A DNA stretch of 64,000 bases, from positions 1-64,000 of the forward strand of contig LVLI01000148.1 of NCBI GenBank assembly GCA_001687465.1, read 5' to 3'. This stretch comes from Halocafeteria seosinensis (lineage: Eukaryota). Below are positions 63,928-64,000 of this stretch, piece by piece; the first letter of the stretch is position 1; each line of letters starts with the position of its first letter. The position numbers were made by a program, and so were the translations under genes. The notes under the pieces are model-generated. The model saw only the letters and a list, made by a program, of their open reading frames with translations, was not told the DNA's origin and did not search any database.

Positions 63928-64000
63928 CTTATATTCATCACCGATGGTAGTACTAACACTTAGGTAATTCTCCGTAGATTGACCCTTAGAGGCATGTTGG

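Overview
Eukaryotic nuclear DNA from a gene-dense genome with short GT-AG introns (mostly about 50-115 nt). The organism is a flagellated protist, since the window encodes an EFHC/RIB72 protein, an ODA docking-complex subunit and a CCDC148-like protein. A stramenopile origin is plausible but not proven. About 25 protein genes can be supported: PHD finger, TPR protein, NSA2, PPIL2, TraB, SDR, VPS9-like, EF-hand/WD40, BolA, RRP46, SCCPDH, pinin, YbjQ, a two-TM protein with a large ectodomain, kinesin-6, PX-BAR sorting nexin, OSCP, ALDH3 and RIO2, among others. Four observations stand out. (1) A tandem triplet of tiny intron-containing genes of the mainly bacterial DUF4177 type, each with a Cys-Cys motif and a different N-terminal exon. 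(2) A dispersed family of (TG)n-tailed, 5'-truncated retroposon insertions with 10-bp target-site duplications, the shortest only 22 nt. (3) Extremely tight or overlapping 3' ends of convergent genes. (4) An ERGIC/ENaC-topology membrane protein with a propeller-like ectodomain and a frame break. Exon boundaries were derived by hand and family calls come from motif recognition; no database search was run.
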